Source: a virus (Duplodnaviria > Heunggongvirae > Uroviricota > Caudoviricetes). From it: a stretch of 64,000 nucleotides of DNA. The stretch is taken from the IMG/VR virus record IMGVR_UViG_3300038379_000173, positions 64,001-128,000 of that record, one strand, 5' to 3'. Every line of letters begins with the position of its first letter. The first letter of the stretch is position 1. A program made the translations under genes and the position numbers. Below the pieces are notes generated by a model. It was not told the DNA's origin. It searched no databases and worked only from the letters and a program-made list of their open reading frames with translations. Shown piece after piece: positions 46,531-57,660 of this stretch.

Positions 46531-49500
46531 CTACTGGTAGAAATTACCTGTTGGGATAGTAAATGAAGGAAGGGCTGATAATGGGAAATCGCATGCATCT
46601 GGGTCATCAAATCCTATGACGTGTGAATAAATCACACCGTCTTCCATTACATGAGCTTGCATGTAACAATTTATAGCTCCGCTTATGGTTCCAGAAATGC
46701 CCATCAAGTAAGCATTAATAGTGCTGACTTGGTGACCAACACCGCTTATCCAAGCATTAATAACCCCAGTAGACACAGCCGCGCCATACATATATGCCAT
46801 GATGCCGCTGGAAACGCCACAAGATAGGTATGCATTAATATTTGAATCTTGGCCACGATTCAATAAATAGCCATTAATACTTCCGCTTGGCTGGCCGCTA
46901 CACAATACATATCCGTAGATACTCTGCTGGTAACCCTTGGCTTCCAGATACGCATTGATAGTCGTATTGCCAGTGCCGGGACCACTCACATAACCATTGA
47001 TGACACTAATCTCGGGAGTTATCAAATAGCCATTAATGGCTGACATAGCACCAGATGGTGCCAACAAATATGCATTGATACTTTCGCTTATCGTTGTGCC
47101 TATGTAGGAAAATATTGAGCTTATGGCGCCCGAGGAGAACATGTAGGCATTAATAGCCCCACTACTGTTTACTCCGCCTTCGATAAAGGCGGCAATATTG
47201 TCGGCAATCTTACCTTCAATGTAACTATTTATACTTCCTGTGGCGGTAGGAATGCTGAGTAAATAAGCATTGATACTACTTGTTGGGTCTGACGAGCCGC
47301 CACCTCCTGCTAAACTCCCACTCATCCAACCAAACACCGGAGTATCTAGGTTGTCAATAATGACGCCCATGTAGCCCCAGATACCACTTGGGCCAGTGGT
47401 GTCGGATGAATTAGGTGCTCGACCTTCCAAGTACGCAAAAATACTTGGGCAGTAAACTAATCTTAAGCCGGCAACATTATCTAGCCACACATGACCTTCG
47501 TCGTCAAACACGCCGGGTGACGTGTTAAATCCTCTCTGATAAATCCACTGGAGGACGCTTTGGCCAGTTGGTATTACCGTACGGTATCTAAACCAATCGC
47601 AGAACGAAGTGTCACAGTATTCGTCTATTTCTTGTGCAAATCTACCCGGATAATAAACACTAGAAGTTCCAGTAGGAGTAATTGTCCTGAATATTACTTG
47701 GTCATCCCCTGAGTTGTTTTCGTCTAACGTTAATCCGCTCGCAATAAGGTCATATCTCATATCAAATGAGACAGTGCGGCCAGCGCTACCATCATAGGCT
47801 ATCTCATCGGCATTGACATTAATAGTTATTTCTAGTGTGCCAGACTGACCGACTGGGACTCCTCCGACCGGAGTGCGCGCGGCAAATCCATCTCCGCGGC
47901 CATTTGATAGACCTTGGAAGATATTGAAATCATTTACTATTCCATCTTGTGTACTTGTTCCACTAGTGCGAACAAACCAATCAAAATCGCCCGTGTTACG
48001 CCAATTAACAGGAATATTACCTTCTGTTGTTGTATTAAAGGTTTCTGGTTGAGATAATGGTGCCTTCGGCGGCTCTACAAACGTCTCAGAAAAGCGTCCG
48101 TTGTCCCAAAACCCAGCAGTACTCTGAACGCCATAGAAACGAACGGCTCGCAAATCGGGGTTATAAGCCGGCTCAGTTGTATTGAGAGTCCATCTTATAT
48201 AACGAGCAACAAATGGAGTGAGGTCGTGGACGGGGTTTGTAGATGTTGTGTAATTAGAAATACGCGCGTCAGTTTCTGAAGTTGCTTTGATAAGAATGAG
48301 GCCCCCTGAGTTGGGGTCTGCATTATTCCCATAGATAGTCTGTGTGTTATACCACATAGAGTTATCTAGTGAAGCCTCAAGAGTAAAATAAAATCTAAAG
48401 ACACCGTTGGGTGGACTACCGCTGTGTGCTACTTCGACCCTGTTAAAAATATAGCGTTGACCAAAATCTACTGTAAAACCATCACCTTCAGCTAACAAAA
48501 CTCCACTTGATAAATCATGGTCTAATATGGCCTCGGCTTCCCATGTAGTCATACCTCCACTCGCAGCTATTACTAATCCAGTGCGCGCTGCGACATAAGT
48601 CGGTAATTTCATGTGCGCTGAAGCATCAATAGATGAATCGTAATTCCATGTAACTAATCTATATAGACCATCGAGGCCCGAGCCGGCAGTCACAACAATC
48701 TCGTGTTTGGGCACCCCAAGATGTTGGAAGACCGGATGGCGGAGAGCCTTAAAATTGTGCCAGACTGCCCATAGGCCGCTTCCACCGACATATTCCATGC
48801 CGGCCGGAGCCCATGAGTGTAGACCGCTTAGTGCATGTGTTGTGTCGGAAAGAGTTACCAACATACGTTGTGGCGGATAAAAAGTTGTGCCGGCAAAGCC
48901 GCCCCACCAATCTCCGCGCACATCACACAACATCCGCGAGATAACTTGTTCTCCATTGGTGTCGTATGTCAAAAAGTAAAAGTGAAGTTGTTGTGGTTGA
49001 TTTCTCCACGAAATATCAACAAGTGCACCGCTTGGTTGATAGTACGATAAAACATTTTCAGGCAGCCTATCTTCGAACGTAATACCATTCGGACAGCGTG
49101 CTAATAGGCCAACCTCAGGTAGTGAACCAACTCCGAAGGCGGGACTTGGGTTAGCATAAAAGCCGCTCGAATCGACATTACCAAACCAAGTCCCATATTC
49201 TGGTGTAGCGGTATCTAAAACTATTTCTTTTGATGCGCCTAGCAGGGCGAAGTTTGTGCGATGATTACCAGTTTGACTGACCAAAAAGAGATGGAGCGGC
49301 AGGCCGGTTGGAGTGGTACCTGAAGCATTCAATACGGCCGTAGAATGCGAGCGCGCCATAGTGGGACTAAATGCCAGATGGGTAACATAACCCTCCTCAT
49401 CTGGCGTTCCAGGCGTATATACAATATCTTTGGCGGGTATCTGGATTGTTTTCCAGTCTGTACCGGCTGAGGACTGAGCACGCGAATGTAAAAACCCTGT

Positions 49501-50220
49501 GCCGTCCACCAAGAATGTAACCGCAGCGGCTAGATACTTCCTATTATTGCCCGTAATGGCATTACTTCCAGCGTCAGTATAGACTGGATAGCCGCCCTCG
49601 CGACCGGCGTTTAAATAGAGAGTGTTGTCCGTTCCAGTAAATACGTTATTAAAGAGCGTGTCTTCAACTGGATAATTCTCAAACGGAGTACCCAGGTAGA
49701 ATAGGCGTACGAAATTATTGGCGTCCTTGGCCAGTAAACGCACGCACGGGAACGCTTGACCAAAGAAATTAGCATAGTCAGGTTGCGACGGGCCTAGTAG
49801 TGGAAGGTCATAAATTTCAATTGAGCCATTAAGTCCTTTAGCTAATCCGCTGTCACCAGCAGTAATAAAGCCGCGGGTTTCTCCAGACGGTGCCCATTGT
49901 CCCGTATCAGAATTTTTGTTCAAGATTGTATAGCACCCAGAGGATTGCCAGCGATGTATACAGTGGACCTTGCCCGTCCTATCCATTGCTGTATCAAAGT
50001 TGTTATGAATACTATAGTCATCAACACTGAATGCAAAAGTTGGCGCACTCCATGTCTCGCCTGACGTAGAACTCACAACGTAATTAACTTCGTTGGCTCC
50101 AGAGGCATAGAGAAGAATAAGTCTACCGTCGTTAGGGTCTTGCCAGAAAGAGCGACCCCAGGTTGGCAAACCAAACAGGGCATAGCCACTAACTGCCACC
50201 ACCGAATGATGCTGAGACAT
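46531..50220 (-). CDS. Large tail-associated protein with F5/8-type C (discoidin)-like domain and C-terminal repeats
   Basis: FTVDFGQRYIFNRVEV...LEASLDNSMWY...ARYIRW (F5/8C-like); immediately downstream of the tape measure gene. Confidence 0.6.
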   Translation of the reverse strand: MSQHHSVVAVSGYALFGLPTWGRSFWQDPNDGRLILLYASGANEVNYVVSSTSGETWSAPTFAFSVDDYSIHNNFDTAMDRTGKVHCIHRWQSSGCYTILNKNSDTGQWAPSGETRGFITAGDSGLAKGLNGSIEIYDLPLLGPSQPDYANFFGQAFPCVRLLAKDANNFVRLFYLGTPFENYPVEDTLFNNVFTGTDNTLYLNAGREGGYPVYTDAGSNAITGNNRKYLAAAVTFLVDGTGFLHSRAQSSAGTDWKTIQIPAKDIVYTPGTPDEEGYVTHLAFSPTMARSHSTAVLNASGTTPTGLPLHLFLVSQTGNHRTNFALLGASKEIVLDTATPEYGTWFGNVDSSGFYANPSPAFGVGSLPEVGLLARCPNGITFEDRLPENVLSYYQPSGALVDISWRNQPQQLHFYFLTYDTNGEQVISRMLCDVRGDWWGGFAGTTFYPPQRMLVTLSDTTHALSGLHSWAPAGMEYVGGSGLWAVWHNFKALRHPVFQHLGVPKHEIVVTAGSGLDGLYRLVTWNYDSSIDASAHMKLPTYVAARTGLVIAASGGMTTWEAEAILDHDLSSGVLLAEGDGFTVDFGQRYIFNRVEVAHSGSPPNGVFRFYFTLEASLDNSMWYNTQTIYGNNADPNSGGLILIKATSETDARISNYTTSTNPVHDLTPFVARYIRWTLNTTEPAYNPDLRAVRFYGVQSTAGFWDNGRFSETFVEPPKAPLSQPETFNTTTEGNIPVNWRNTGDFDWFVRTSGTSTQDGIVNDFNIFQGLSNGRGDGFAARTPVGGVPVGQSGTLEITINVNADEIAYDGSAGRTVSFDMRYDLIASGLTLDENNSGDDQVIFRTITPTGTSSVYYPGRFAQEIDEYCDTSFCDWFRYRTVIPTGQSVLQWIYQRGFNTSPGVFDDEGHVWLDNVAGLRLVYCPSIFAYLEGRAPNSSDTTGPSGIWGYMGVIIDNLDTPVFGWMSGSLAGGGGSSDPTSSINAYLLSIPTATGSINSYIEGKIADNIAAFIEGGVNSSGAINAYMFSSGAISSIFSYIGTTISESINAYLLAPSGAMSAINGYLITPEISVINGYVSGPGTGNTTINAYLEAKGYQQSIYGYVLCSGQPSGSINGYLLNRGQDSNINAYLSCGVSSGIMAYMYGAAVSTGVINAWISGVGHQVSTINAYLMGISGTISGAINCYMQAHVMEDGVIYSHVIGFDDPDACDFPLSALPSFTIPTGNFYQ
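46612..47277 (-). repeat. About 17 degenerate 12-15 aa protein repeats, consensus (S/A/T)INAY(L/M/I)xG
   Basis: SINAY, SINSY, NIAAF, AINAY, SIFSY, SINAY, AINGY, VINGY, TINAY, SIYGY, SINGY, NINAY, GIMAY, VINAW, TINAY, AINCY, VIYSH. Confidence 0.85.
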
Positions 50221-53200
50221 TATTTACTCCCAGGGCCGCCGGTTAAAGCATCAGCACTAGGCGGGAAAGCAGTGCCGCGTGGACGCTCAATCTTTATTAA
50301 TACCGCTATGTTCTCAATAAGAGCTTGAAGCTGCGGCTTAGAAATATTCGGGAAGATTTTCTCAAGCGCCGCAACAAATTGTTGGTCAACTTGCACAGTT
50401 TGTTTGAGGTTTGCTTCTAATTGAACCTTTACGGCGTCTTGGAACGAAACCTTGAGGTCCTGAAGACTCTTTATGGCATCTGCAACCTGGCGACCACGTT
50501 CTATTTCGGCTTGACCCAATTGCTCGACTAATTGTTGGCCAACAGCCGAAGTGACTTCTTTAAAGACAGCCTGATTGATATTTGTAATGGCATCTTGGGC
50601 TGCTTGTTTGAACAATTCTGCACGCTCACGTTCTTGGCGAGCCTGAGCTTCTTTGAAGGCTTCGCCTTCGCGCTGTGGAGCGATTTGACCTAGTTTCTCC
50701 AAGAAACTCTTTGAGTTTTGATTTAACGTTGCTTTTAGTTCTTCGGCCAATAACTTAAGTAGAGTTTCTGTTTCAGCCTTGCCAAATCTACCACCAGATT
50801 TCTCTAGGGACTCTGACAACCTCAAAATTTGAGTAGCTAAACGTGCTGCTTGGTCTTGTGAAGTAATGCCACCAGCCACCCCACCTAGACCAACATCCTT
50901 GAGTAAATCTTGGAATTTCCGAACATCCAACTCGCGTTGACGCCTGCCGCTGACAAGCGTGCCGCCCTTTTCTAAATCTGTAAGGTTACGAAGTGTTTGA
51001 ATGAAAGGTGTTTTACCGGAAAGTAATTCAGTGAAGCCACTCTCAATGCCGCGGCGGCGCAATGGGTCCTCAAGCAGGGCGCGCGCACCACGGCCGGGTG
51101 CAAAAACTCTACCTAAATCACGGTCTTGTCGCTTAAGACGTTCTAATTCGCGACGTTGTGGAGTTGTGGCACGTCCACCTTGTGCTTCAATGGCGCGTTG
51201 AATGACATTCTGTTCTTCTTGGCGCGAAAATCTGAATCCTCCACTTGATGTCAACTGAATGTTACGTGTGAAGTCGCTTAGAGCGCGCGCAAATTCATCG
51301 GTGCGTTTTAGGCCAGGAAGGTCAACTAATGACCCAGGTTGTCCTGGAGTACGTCCGCGCACCACTTGACGAAGTGGAGCGCCACGAGGTTGTAGATTGG
51401 GCGGCAAAAGTCCAAAGTCACTTATTTCTAACTCACTCAAACCTTTAAATTGCTCACGAATCCGCGGCGCTGTTTTTAATTGACCAAAAAGCTCTTTATT
51501 AATAGCATCTATTTCAGCTTTATACTTACTCAAGATAGCTTGCTGTGCTTCTTGAATAGCTTCCGCTGATAACTCTTTTAGACGTTTACGTTCATTAATT
51601 AACACTTCGTCGCGCTGTTTTGACAATGCACTGAGTTCTTTAAAGATAGCTTGTGCCGCTGGAGAGAAGCCTTGACCGGCAAATCCTGGAGTCTCCTTAA
51701 AAGAAAAGGCAAGTCCTTTACCCGCTGGAGTTGGGCCACGCCCTTGAATGGTTTCTTTAAGTGCAGCGCGTAAAGACCCAATTCGCTTGTCTAACTTAAG
51801 AAAATTGGCCAGTCCTTCAGCCTCTACTTTTTCACGCTCACTTTGTAAACGCAATCTTTCATTAGCAGCTTCTTCATGTATTGCCTGTAGGCGACCTTGC
51901 AATTGTTCACGTCGCGTACTGCCTGCTTCTGGTGTTGAAGTTGGTGCAGCACGTAGCGTCTCTTTGGCTATAGCACCAAGCGGCAGCTTTGTAACAGCAT
52001 TAACTGCCGCAATAGAAGCTTGTTCAACTAATGCGCCAGAAGATATACCAGTGTTAGCCGCAGAAACAGGGATAGGAGGAGTAACACCGCCTTGGAGTTT
52101 AATACCAGTGGTTATGAACCTATCAAGAATTCTGCGAATTTCCTCAAGTTCGTTAAGACGCCTAGCGGCACTTGTTATAAGCGCATTGCGCTGTAAAGCA
52201 GCAGATTGCAAGGACGCAGCATTAAGACCCGCCTCTGCTTTTTGTAGTTGAATTTGTTGGAGTGCAATTTGACGCAATTCTTCTTGGCGCCTCGAGATTT
52301 CCTTTTGGACTGCCAACTGTCTTCCTTGGTCTTCCTGCTGCCGTTGGAGTTGGAAGAAAACATCTTCGGCTTTCGTGCCACCGGGCAATCCACTAGTGGC
52401 GAGTTGTTCAACGATACGCAGAGCTTCTTCGTTAGATACGCCGCCTAAAACGCGAGGCGCACCAGTTCGCACAGCATTTTGTAATCCGCTTTGAATGGCG
52501 CGGAGTGTTTCAAATTGTCCAGTATTACGCAACGTTACAATGCGCCGCTCAATATTACGGAGGGACTCTAGGTCTACCTTACCCAACCCCTTGAAGAAAT
52601 CTTTGGCCAATGTAAATTGTTGGATTACCTTATTAAACTCTTCTGGACCTTGTAACAACAAGCGGCCAAATTCTCTCTGTTGCTCTACTCGTAAATCTCT
52701 TAGCTGGCGCTCAGCACGTAGACGCTCCTGTAAAATACCTATTTCCTGCTGCGCGATATTTTGACGGAGAGCTAATTCCTGGCGCGTTTGTTGTAGGCGA
52801 AGCGTAAATTCCTGCTTGGCAATCTTAGCCCTCTCTTGAGCAAAGAATAGGTCTTTATCAAATTGACCAGTCACTTGCTCAAAGATTTTCCCAGTAGCAC
52901 GCTTTGCAAATGTATTTAATGCATCGCTAACATCCCCTAGCGCGCTATTTATATCATCCAACCCAGTGAAAGCACTTACGCCAGTTTGCCTGAGTGATTC
53001 TTCAGCCGCCTGCCTATTCAGTGATACTTGTGCCAATTCTCTGTTGGTTTGAGACAACAAAATATTGAGTCTGACCCCGACTTCTTGGCCGCTAGCGCCA
53101 ATCGCTTCAAGGAAATCCTTTCCTCTCTCAGCAAGAGTGCGGGAAGCTAGGTCTCCCGCTTGAATGATTGTATCGGCAATACGCGATTGAGCCTGGAATA

Positions 53201-56200
53201 GACCTTCAATTGAGCGCGCAAACTCTTCGTTGGCCCCCTCAAGTTTGTTTAGCTGTTCGGTAAAGAGGTTTGCTTGGCGGTCTTGAAGTTGCTTGCGCAA
53301 TTGTATTTCTTCGATAGCCTGGCGGAATTCCAACTGACGGGCCTGACTGCGCAAATCTGCGACCCGTTGCTCGCTCTCAACAAACGCTCGCTGGTCAATA
53401 CGTAGCTCGACGGTTTTTTGCTTTTCAAGCTCAACTTGAATTTGCTCAGCGATAGAAGTAATTTGGGCGGCTATTTTGTTACGCTCGAAAACTATACGTA
53501 GCGGCACACTTATTTCTTCGGCAACGTTAGTTGTAATGCGCGCAATAGTAAGGTCTGTTTGTGCTAATATCTCCTGCTCCTGCCGCCTGATGTCATTGAG
53601 ACGGCTAGCAAATAGAATTTGCCGCGCTTGAATATCCAACTTTTGCTTTTCTAGTTTAGTCGTGGCCTCAACAAGTTGCTTTTGTAGTTCCCCCAGCCGC
53701 ACTATTTGTGCAATCTGCTCAGCCTCACTTGTCCCTTCCTTTTGTAGTTGCTGACGTTGTATCTCACTTTGGAGATTCAACACTCGCGTTTCTTCCTTCA
53801 ACCTGTCCTTACTAAACTCGGCAATCCGCTTCTCTTGGGCTTCTATAACAGCGAGTTGTGTGGCGCGTGCTTCATCCGCAACACGATTTGCCTTATCTAC
53901 AATTTCTTTTTCCTTGTTTATCCTCTCTGTTTCTTGTTTAATACCACGCGAGCGACCAATAGCTAGTGCTATACCGCCACCGACTAATCCGCCAATGGCT
54001 GTCCCAAGTGGTCCTCCGATTGAACCAGCTAGTGCACCACCTTTAGCACCTAGTGCAGCGCCAGCTATGCCTCCCAATATACCAAACGTAACACCCTTTT
54101 CTACGCCAGCCGCAGCGGCTCGTTCTCCTTTGTCCCGTAGAGTTGTTGCAATCTCTGAACCAATCGCTGTGAAAAGTAAGCCACCAAGCGCACCGGCTGT
54201 AGCCAGTGCAGTATTGTTTTGTAGGAGACTTTGGCGTTGTTTATCAAGTAAAGCAACTGTATTGGCGCGTAGCAGATTTTCACGAGCAATTGCAGCATTA
54301 GTTTTTAATTGCGCTGTAGCTCGCTGTTCTTCTAAACGAAGAATTTTGGCAGAATCTGGAATTTGGCGCGCTTTTTCAATAGCAATTTTATTTTCGATTG
54401 AACTTAATCTATTAGCCGTAACCAAAATACGTTGTTCTGCTGCCGCTGCTTCTTGGCGGAACTTGTTTGCTTGCTGAGCAGTTAAAAATCCTTCGTTCTG
54501 AGCACGATTAACTGCTTGTAAACCAGTTTCGGAACTTTTCAGTAGCCCTTTAATTTCCGCCTTGGAGCTTACGCCAGTGAAGGTATCCTTTAATCCAGCG
54601 CCCAGGCCAACAAAGGCCGAGAGGATTTTGGGTAGGAACTTAGCAGTTAGGAAGGCCAGTAGAGCATTAAAAGCCGGCTCGGCTTGCTTAATATTTTGGA
54701 TGAGGCTTGTGACGCCACCAACAATGCCGCGCAAGCCATCAATTGCACCAGTAAAAGCACTGCTTGATAAGAACGTCGCTGTAAGTTTCGCAAACTCTGC
54801 GTCAAGCGCGTTGAGTTTGCCGCGCAGCGAATCTGCGATGGCGGCATTACCAAGGAAAGCGTTGCGCGCAGCCGTCCCTGCAATCGCTACCTGGGATTGT
54901 GTACTAGACAAATTCCCAAATTCCTTTTCGAGGGCGGCAACACCGATAGCAAGCTGCTTGACTTCATTCACATTTCGTTGGTCGGTACCAAGAGAGGCCA
55001 AAAGACGCGATTGTTGTGATGAAGCCTTTGATAGACGGTTAACTTCCCTTAGGAAGCTCAAAATACCTTCAAAGGTGGCTTGATTTGTCTTAGGGTCAAT
55101 TATTTGGATATTGAAGCCTTGGCGCAACCTTTCTGCATTACGCACAACTTGTGTTGTGAGTTGGCGAAACGTTGTGGCTAGCCGACCAACTTCAGCCCCA
55201 GTGATTTTAGCTGCTGTCGCAATAGTTTCTATAATACCAGGTATACTTGTCCCTTGAATTTGGTTAAATGATGTACCAAGGCGTGCCACTGCATTGCTTA
55301 GTTCGTCCACACTAAAGGATGTGCGGGCGGCGGCTGAGACCAAAAGGTCACCAATGTTGGCCGCAGCCAATTGTGCTTGTTGGTCTGTGAGTCCCAAGGT
55401 ATCAATCAATTGCGCCTGAATAGCGCGAAGTCGCGTTGTTGCCTTTTCCGCAGAAATTGCCCCAGCTTCTAGATTAACCATTTGAAGGACCGTGCTGGCA
55501 AAGCCGCGAGTTAGTTCACCCGTACTGGAATTAGCTGACTTTATGACATTGTCGAGGTTAACGCCAATGCGGGCTGTCGTGAGTAAAGCTTCCGCCACAT
55601 CTTTCATCGCAATACCAGTACGCGACGAAATATTGAAGAATGCCTGGAGATTATCGGCCGATTGATTGATTAATGTTGAGAATGACTTAATATCTCTGTT
55701 GGTGTTGTCGATAGGCAAGCCTGCTTTTTCGAAGAACGCCAAACGGCGTGCAGCACGGTCTAGTTCAATGACCTCGTCGGTAGCTTGGCGCAACCTACTA
55801 ATGGTACTAAAAATAAATGTGGCTGGCGTTGCCCATTCTAAGAAACGACGTGCAGTCTGTGATATCCTAACACCAAAATCAAAGGCGGCTTGATTCGCTC
55901 CGGTAAATCTATTACGTAGGCTCTCTACTGCCGACTCACCTTTCCGCATGTCGGCCAAGAATGTTTTGAGCGAGCGGCCGGTAAGGTTGGCTGCATCAGA
56001 TGTGCCGCGTAATGCTTTGATAAACCCATCTAGTTGGTCAGGAGAGAGAGATGAAGCGAAGCGTTGTATATCGCCTGCTCCACGGAAAGTTACAGTGTTG
56101 CCGGCTTGGCCGCCTCCGCCACTTGAGGAGCGAAATTGATTGACGCGGCGACGTAAAACATCATTAATACTTTGACCTAGGCGATTTGCTTCTTGTGTTA

Positions 56201-56882
56201 TACCGAATGCTTTGAGGGCCTCATTCAGTTCGCCTGAACGCGCTGAATTTTGGCGCCCAAGTATTTCTGCGCGCCTGCCTAACTCAGCAGTAACTCTCTG
56301 GTGTATCTCCAAATCTTTCTTAGCAAAATCACTGAGACGTTTTTCTCTTGAGGCCAATTCCGCGACCACACGCTCGCGAATACCCTTATCTTCTTGCTCC
56401 CGTTGAGCCGCTATAAGTTTTGCGGACGCCGCACGTTCACGTGAGATTTCTTCGGCTAATTGCCTATTACGCTGTTTTTGTAGTTTTTCTCGCGCATCAA
56501 GTTCCTTAAGGATTTGGGCCGCCAATGCATTTTCTTCTGCATCGCGCCGTGCAATCCTATCTTCAACACTATCAACACTTTTTTTCTCTAAGGCAGCGCG
56601 TTTCTCAAGTGTTTTTAATACCCTTTTATTGATTTCCGCAGTTTCCTGCTCAAGATTACGAATGGTTCCCAGTGAAACATTTATTTCCTGACGTAGTCCA
56701 ACTTCGATTAAAGAAGCTTTTATAGCCTTCCCAATAGCAACGGCAATTCTACCTTCAGCCGCAGCATCTGCTCCTCTTGGAGGTAATGTAAGCTCGCCAA
56801 CAACGCGCCCAAGCTCTTGCTGGAGTCGTCGTAATGATGACTGTTCAACTTTCAGACCAACTTCTAAGTTGACATCTGCCAT
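50220..56882 (-). CDS. Tail tape measure protein (2220 aa)
   Basis: Very long Ala/Leu/Gln/Glu-rich helical protein; begins MADVNLEVGL; tape-measure-like segment (TGIAMKDVAEALLTTARIG; TSFSVDELSNAVARLG); Gly-rich hydrophobic stretch; follows chaperone-like genes. Confidence 0.9.
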   Translation of the reverse strand: MADVNLEVGLKVEQSSLRRLQQELGRVVGELTLPPRGADAAAEGRIAVAIGKAIKASLIEVGLRQEINVSLGTIRNLEQETAEINKRVLKTLEKRAALEKKSVDSVEDRIARRDAEENALAAQILKELDAREKLQKQRNRQLAEEISRERAASAKLIAAQREQEDKGIRERVVAELASREKRLSDFAKKDLEIHQRVTAELGRRAEILGRQNSARSGELNEALKAFGITQEANRLGQSINDVLRRRVNQFRSSSGGGGQAGNTVTFRGAGDIQRFASSLSPDQLDGFIKALRGTSDAANLTGRSLKTFLADMRKGESAVESLRNRFTGANQAAFDFGVRISQTARRFLEWATPATFIFSTISRLRQATDEVIELDRAARRLAFFEKAGLPIDNTNRDIKSFSTLINQSADNLQAFFNISSRTGIAMKDVAEALLTTARIGVNLDNVIKSANSSTGELTRGFASTVLQMVNLEAGAISAEKATTRLRAIQAQLIDTLGLTDQQAQLAAANIGDLLVSAAARTSFSVDELSNAVARLGTSFNQIQGTSIPGIIETIATAAKITGAEVGRLATTFRQLTTQVVRNAERLRQGFNIQIIDPKTNQATFEGILSFLREVNRLSKASSQQSRLLASLGTDQRNVNEVKQLAIGVAALEKEFGNLSSTQSQVAIAGTAARNAFLGNAAIADSLRGKLNALDAEFAKLTATFLSSSAFTGAIDGLRGIVGGVTSLIQNIKQAEPAFNALLAFLTAKFLPKILSAFVGLGAGLKDTFTGVSSKAEIKGLLKSSETGLQAVNRAQNEGFLTAQQANKFRQEAAAAEQRILVTANRLSSIENKIAIEKARQIPDSAKILRLEEQRATAQLKTNAAIARENLLRANTVALLDKQRQSLLQNNTALATAGALGGLLFTAIGSEIATTLRDKGERAAAAGVEKGVTFGILGGIAGAALGAKGGALAGSIGGPLGTAIGGLVGGGIALAIGRSRGIKQETERINKEKEIVDKANRVADEARATQLAVIEAQEKRIAEFSKDRLKEETRVLNLQSEIQRQQLQKEGTSEAEQIAQIVRLGELQKQLVEATTKLEKQKLDIQARQILFASRLNDIRRQEQEILAQTDLTIARITTNVAEEISVPLRIVFERNKIAAQITSIAEQIQVELEKQKTVELRIDQRAFVESEQRVADLRSQARQLEFRQAIEEIQLRKQLQDRQANLFTEQLNKLEGANEEFARSIEGLFQAQSRIADTIIQAGDLASRTLAERGKDFLEAIGASGQEVGVRLNILLSQTNRELAQVSLNRQAAEESLRQTGVSAFTGLDDINSALGDVSDALNTFAKRATGKIFEQVTGQFDKDLFFAQERAKIAKQEFTLRLQQTRQELALRQNIAQQEIGILQERLRAERQLRDLRVEQQREFGRLLLQGPEEFNKVIQQFTLAKDFFKGLGKVDLESLRNIERRIVTLRNTGQFETLRAIQSGLQNAVRTGAPRVLGGVSNEEALRIVEQLATSGLPGGTKAEDVFFQLQRQQEDQGRQLAVQKEISRRQEELRQIALQQIQLQKAEAGLNAASLQSAALQRNALITSAARRLNELEEIRRILDRFITTGIKLQGGVTPPIPVSAANTGISSGALVEQASIAAVNAVTKLPLGAIAKETLRAAPTSTPEAGSTRREQLQGRLQAIHEEAANERLRLQSEREKVEAEGLANFLKLDKRIGSLRAALKETIQGRGPTPAGKGLAFSFKETPGFAGQGFSPAAQAIFKELSALSKQRDEVLINERKRLKELSAEAIQEAQQAILSKYKAEIDAINKELFGQLKTAPRIREQFKGLSELEISDFGLLPPNLQPRGAPLRQVVRGRTPGQPGSLVDLPGLKRTDEFARALSDFTRNIQLTSSGGFRFSRQEEQNVIQRAIEAQGGRATTPQRRELERLKRQDRDLGRVFAPGRGARALLEDPLRRRGIESGFTELLSGKTPFIQTLRNLTDLEKGGTLVSGRRQRELDVRKFQDLLKDVGLGGVAGGITSQDQAARLATQILRLSESLEKSGGRFGKAETETLLKLLAEELKATLNQNSKSFLEKLGQIAPQREGEAFKEAQARQERERAELFKQAAQDAITNINQAVFKEVTSAVGQQLVEQLGQAEIERGRQVADAIKSLQDLKVSFQDAVKVQLEANLKQTVQVDQQFVAALEKIFPNISKPQLQALIENIAVLIKIERPRGTAFPPSADALTGGPGSK

Positions 56883-56892
56883 GTCACACTCC

Positions 56893-56940
56893 TAAAACGC
56901 AAAGGGCTACGCGCTTGCGCATAGCAAACACGTAGCCCCT
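56893..56940 (-). terminator. Rho-independent terminator-like hairpin upstream of the tape measure gene
   Basis: GGGCUACG-UG-UUUGC-loop-GCAAG-CG-CGUAGCCC followed by UUUGCGUUUU, then the AGGAG RBS. Confidence 0.7.
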
Positions 56941-56960
56941 AAGCTTAGTCCAACGAGAAT

Positions 56961-57659
56961 TTAGCCAGATTTTTTCTTGGCTCGCTTCCCGCTATCACTT
57001 AATACACCCTGGGCGTCCTCAGTTGACTCATTCTGGGTCACCTTGACCTTTTCCCGCTCAGCCCGCCATTTATTCTCAGGATATTCATCTGCCAAATTTG
57101 AAGGCAGTGCGCGGCCCACAGCAACCTCAAGTGTGGCCACAACTGTTTCGCGAAAAGCATCTACGGTCAGTTGTTCGTTAGCCTTATTCCGCAAATCTTC
57201 AACATCCTTAAAAACCTTCGCGCCAGTCTTGTTATCCACGACACATTCCACACACAACAGTTGGTTGCGTTCCTCGGCAGCCATAGTTTCACATGTGTTG
57301 TCCATAGCGTTTTGATAGACCGAATTGTGAGTGAGGAGTTTAAAACGCAATTCGTCGATTTTTTTGCAGATTACTTCGCCCTCCTCATTTGAAAGACCGG
57401 CCGTCAGTTGTTCGGCTAACTTATCAGTCTCATCACGCAAAGCCGCGGCTTGCTGACGCTTTTCGTCATCCCAAAGCCCGCGCTCCAATAAACTCTTTTC
57501 TACTTCCGCATTCGTCAGGATGTCCATACGGAATGCCCGAGAAAACGCGCTGCGTTGCGCCAATTCAGCCTTAGCCAATTGAGCTTGCGTTGGGCGCTTA
57601 AACCTTAACACAACCTCATTGCCTTCAGTGTCCTTAGTCTTAAAAATCCTGTCCTGCAT
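56961..57659 (-). CDS. Tail assembly chaperone-like protein (short paralog)
   Basis: Directly upstream of the tape measure gene; collinear similarity to the N-terminal part of 58038..59168. Confidence 0.55.
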   Translation of the reverse strand: MQDRIFKTKDTEGNEVVLRFKRPTQAQLAKAELAQRSAFSRAFRMDILTNAEVEKSLLERGLWDDEKRQQAAALRDETDKLAEQLTAGLSNEEGEVICKKIDELRFKLLTHNSVYQNAMDNTCETMAAEERNQLLCVECVVDNKTGAKVFKDVEDLRNKANEQLTVDAFRETVVATLEVAVGRALPSNLADEYPENKWRAEREKVKVTQNESTEDAQGVLSDSGKRAKKKSG

Positions 57660-57660
57660 G

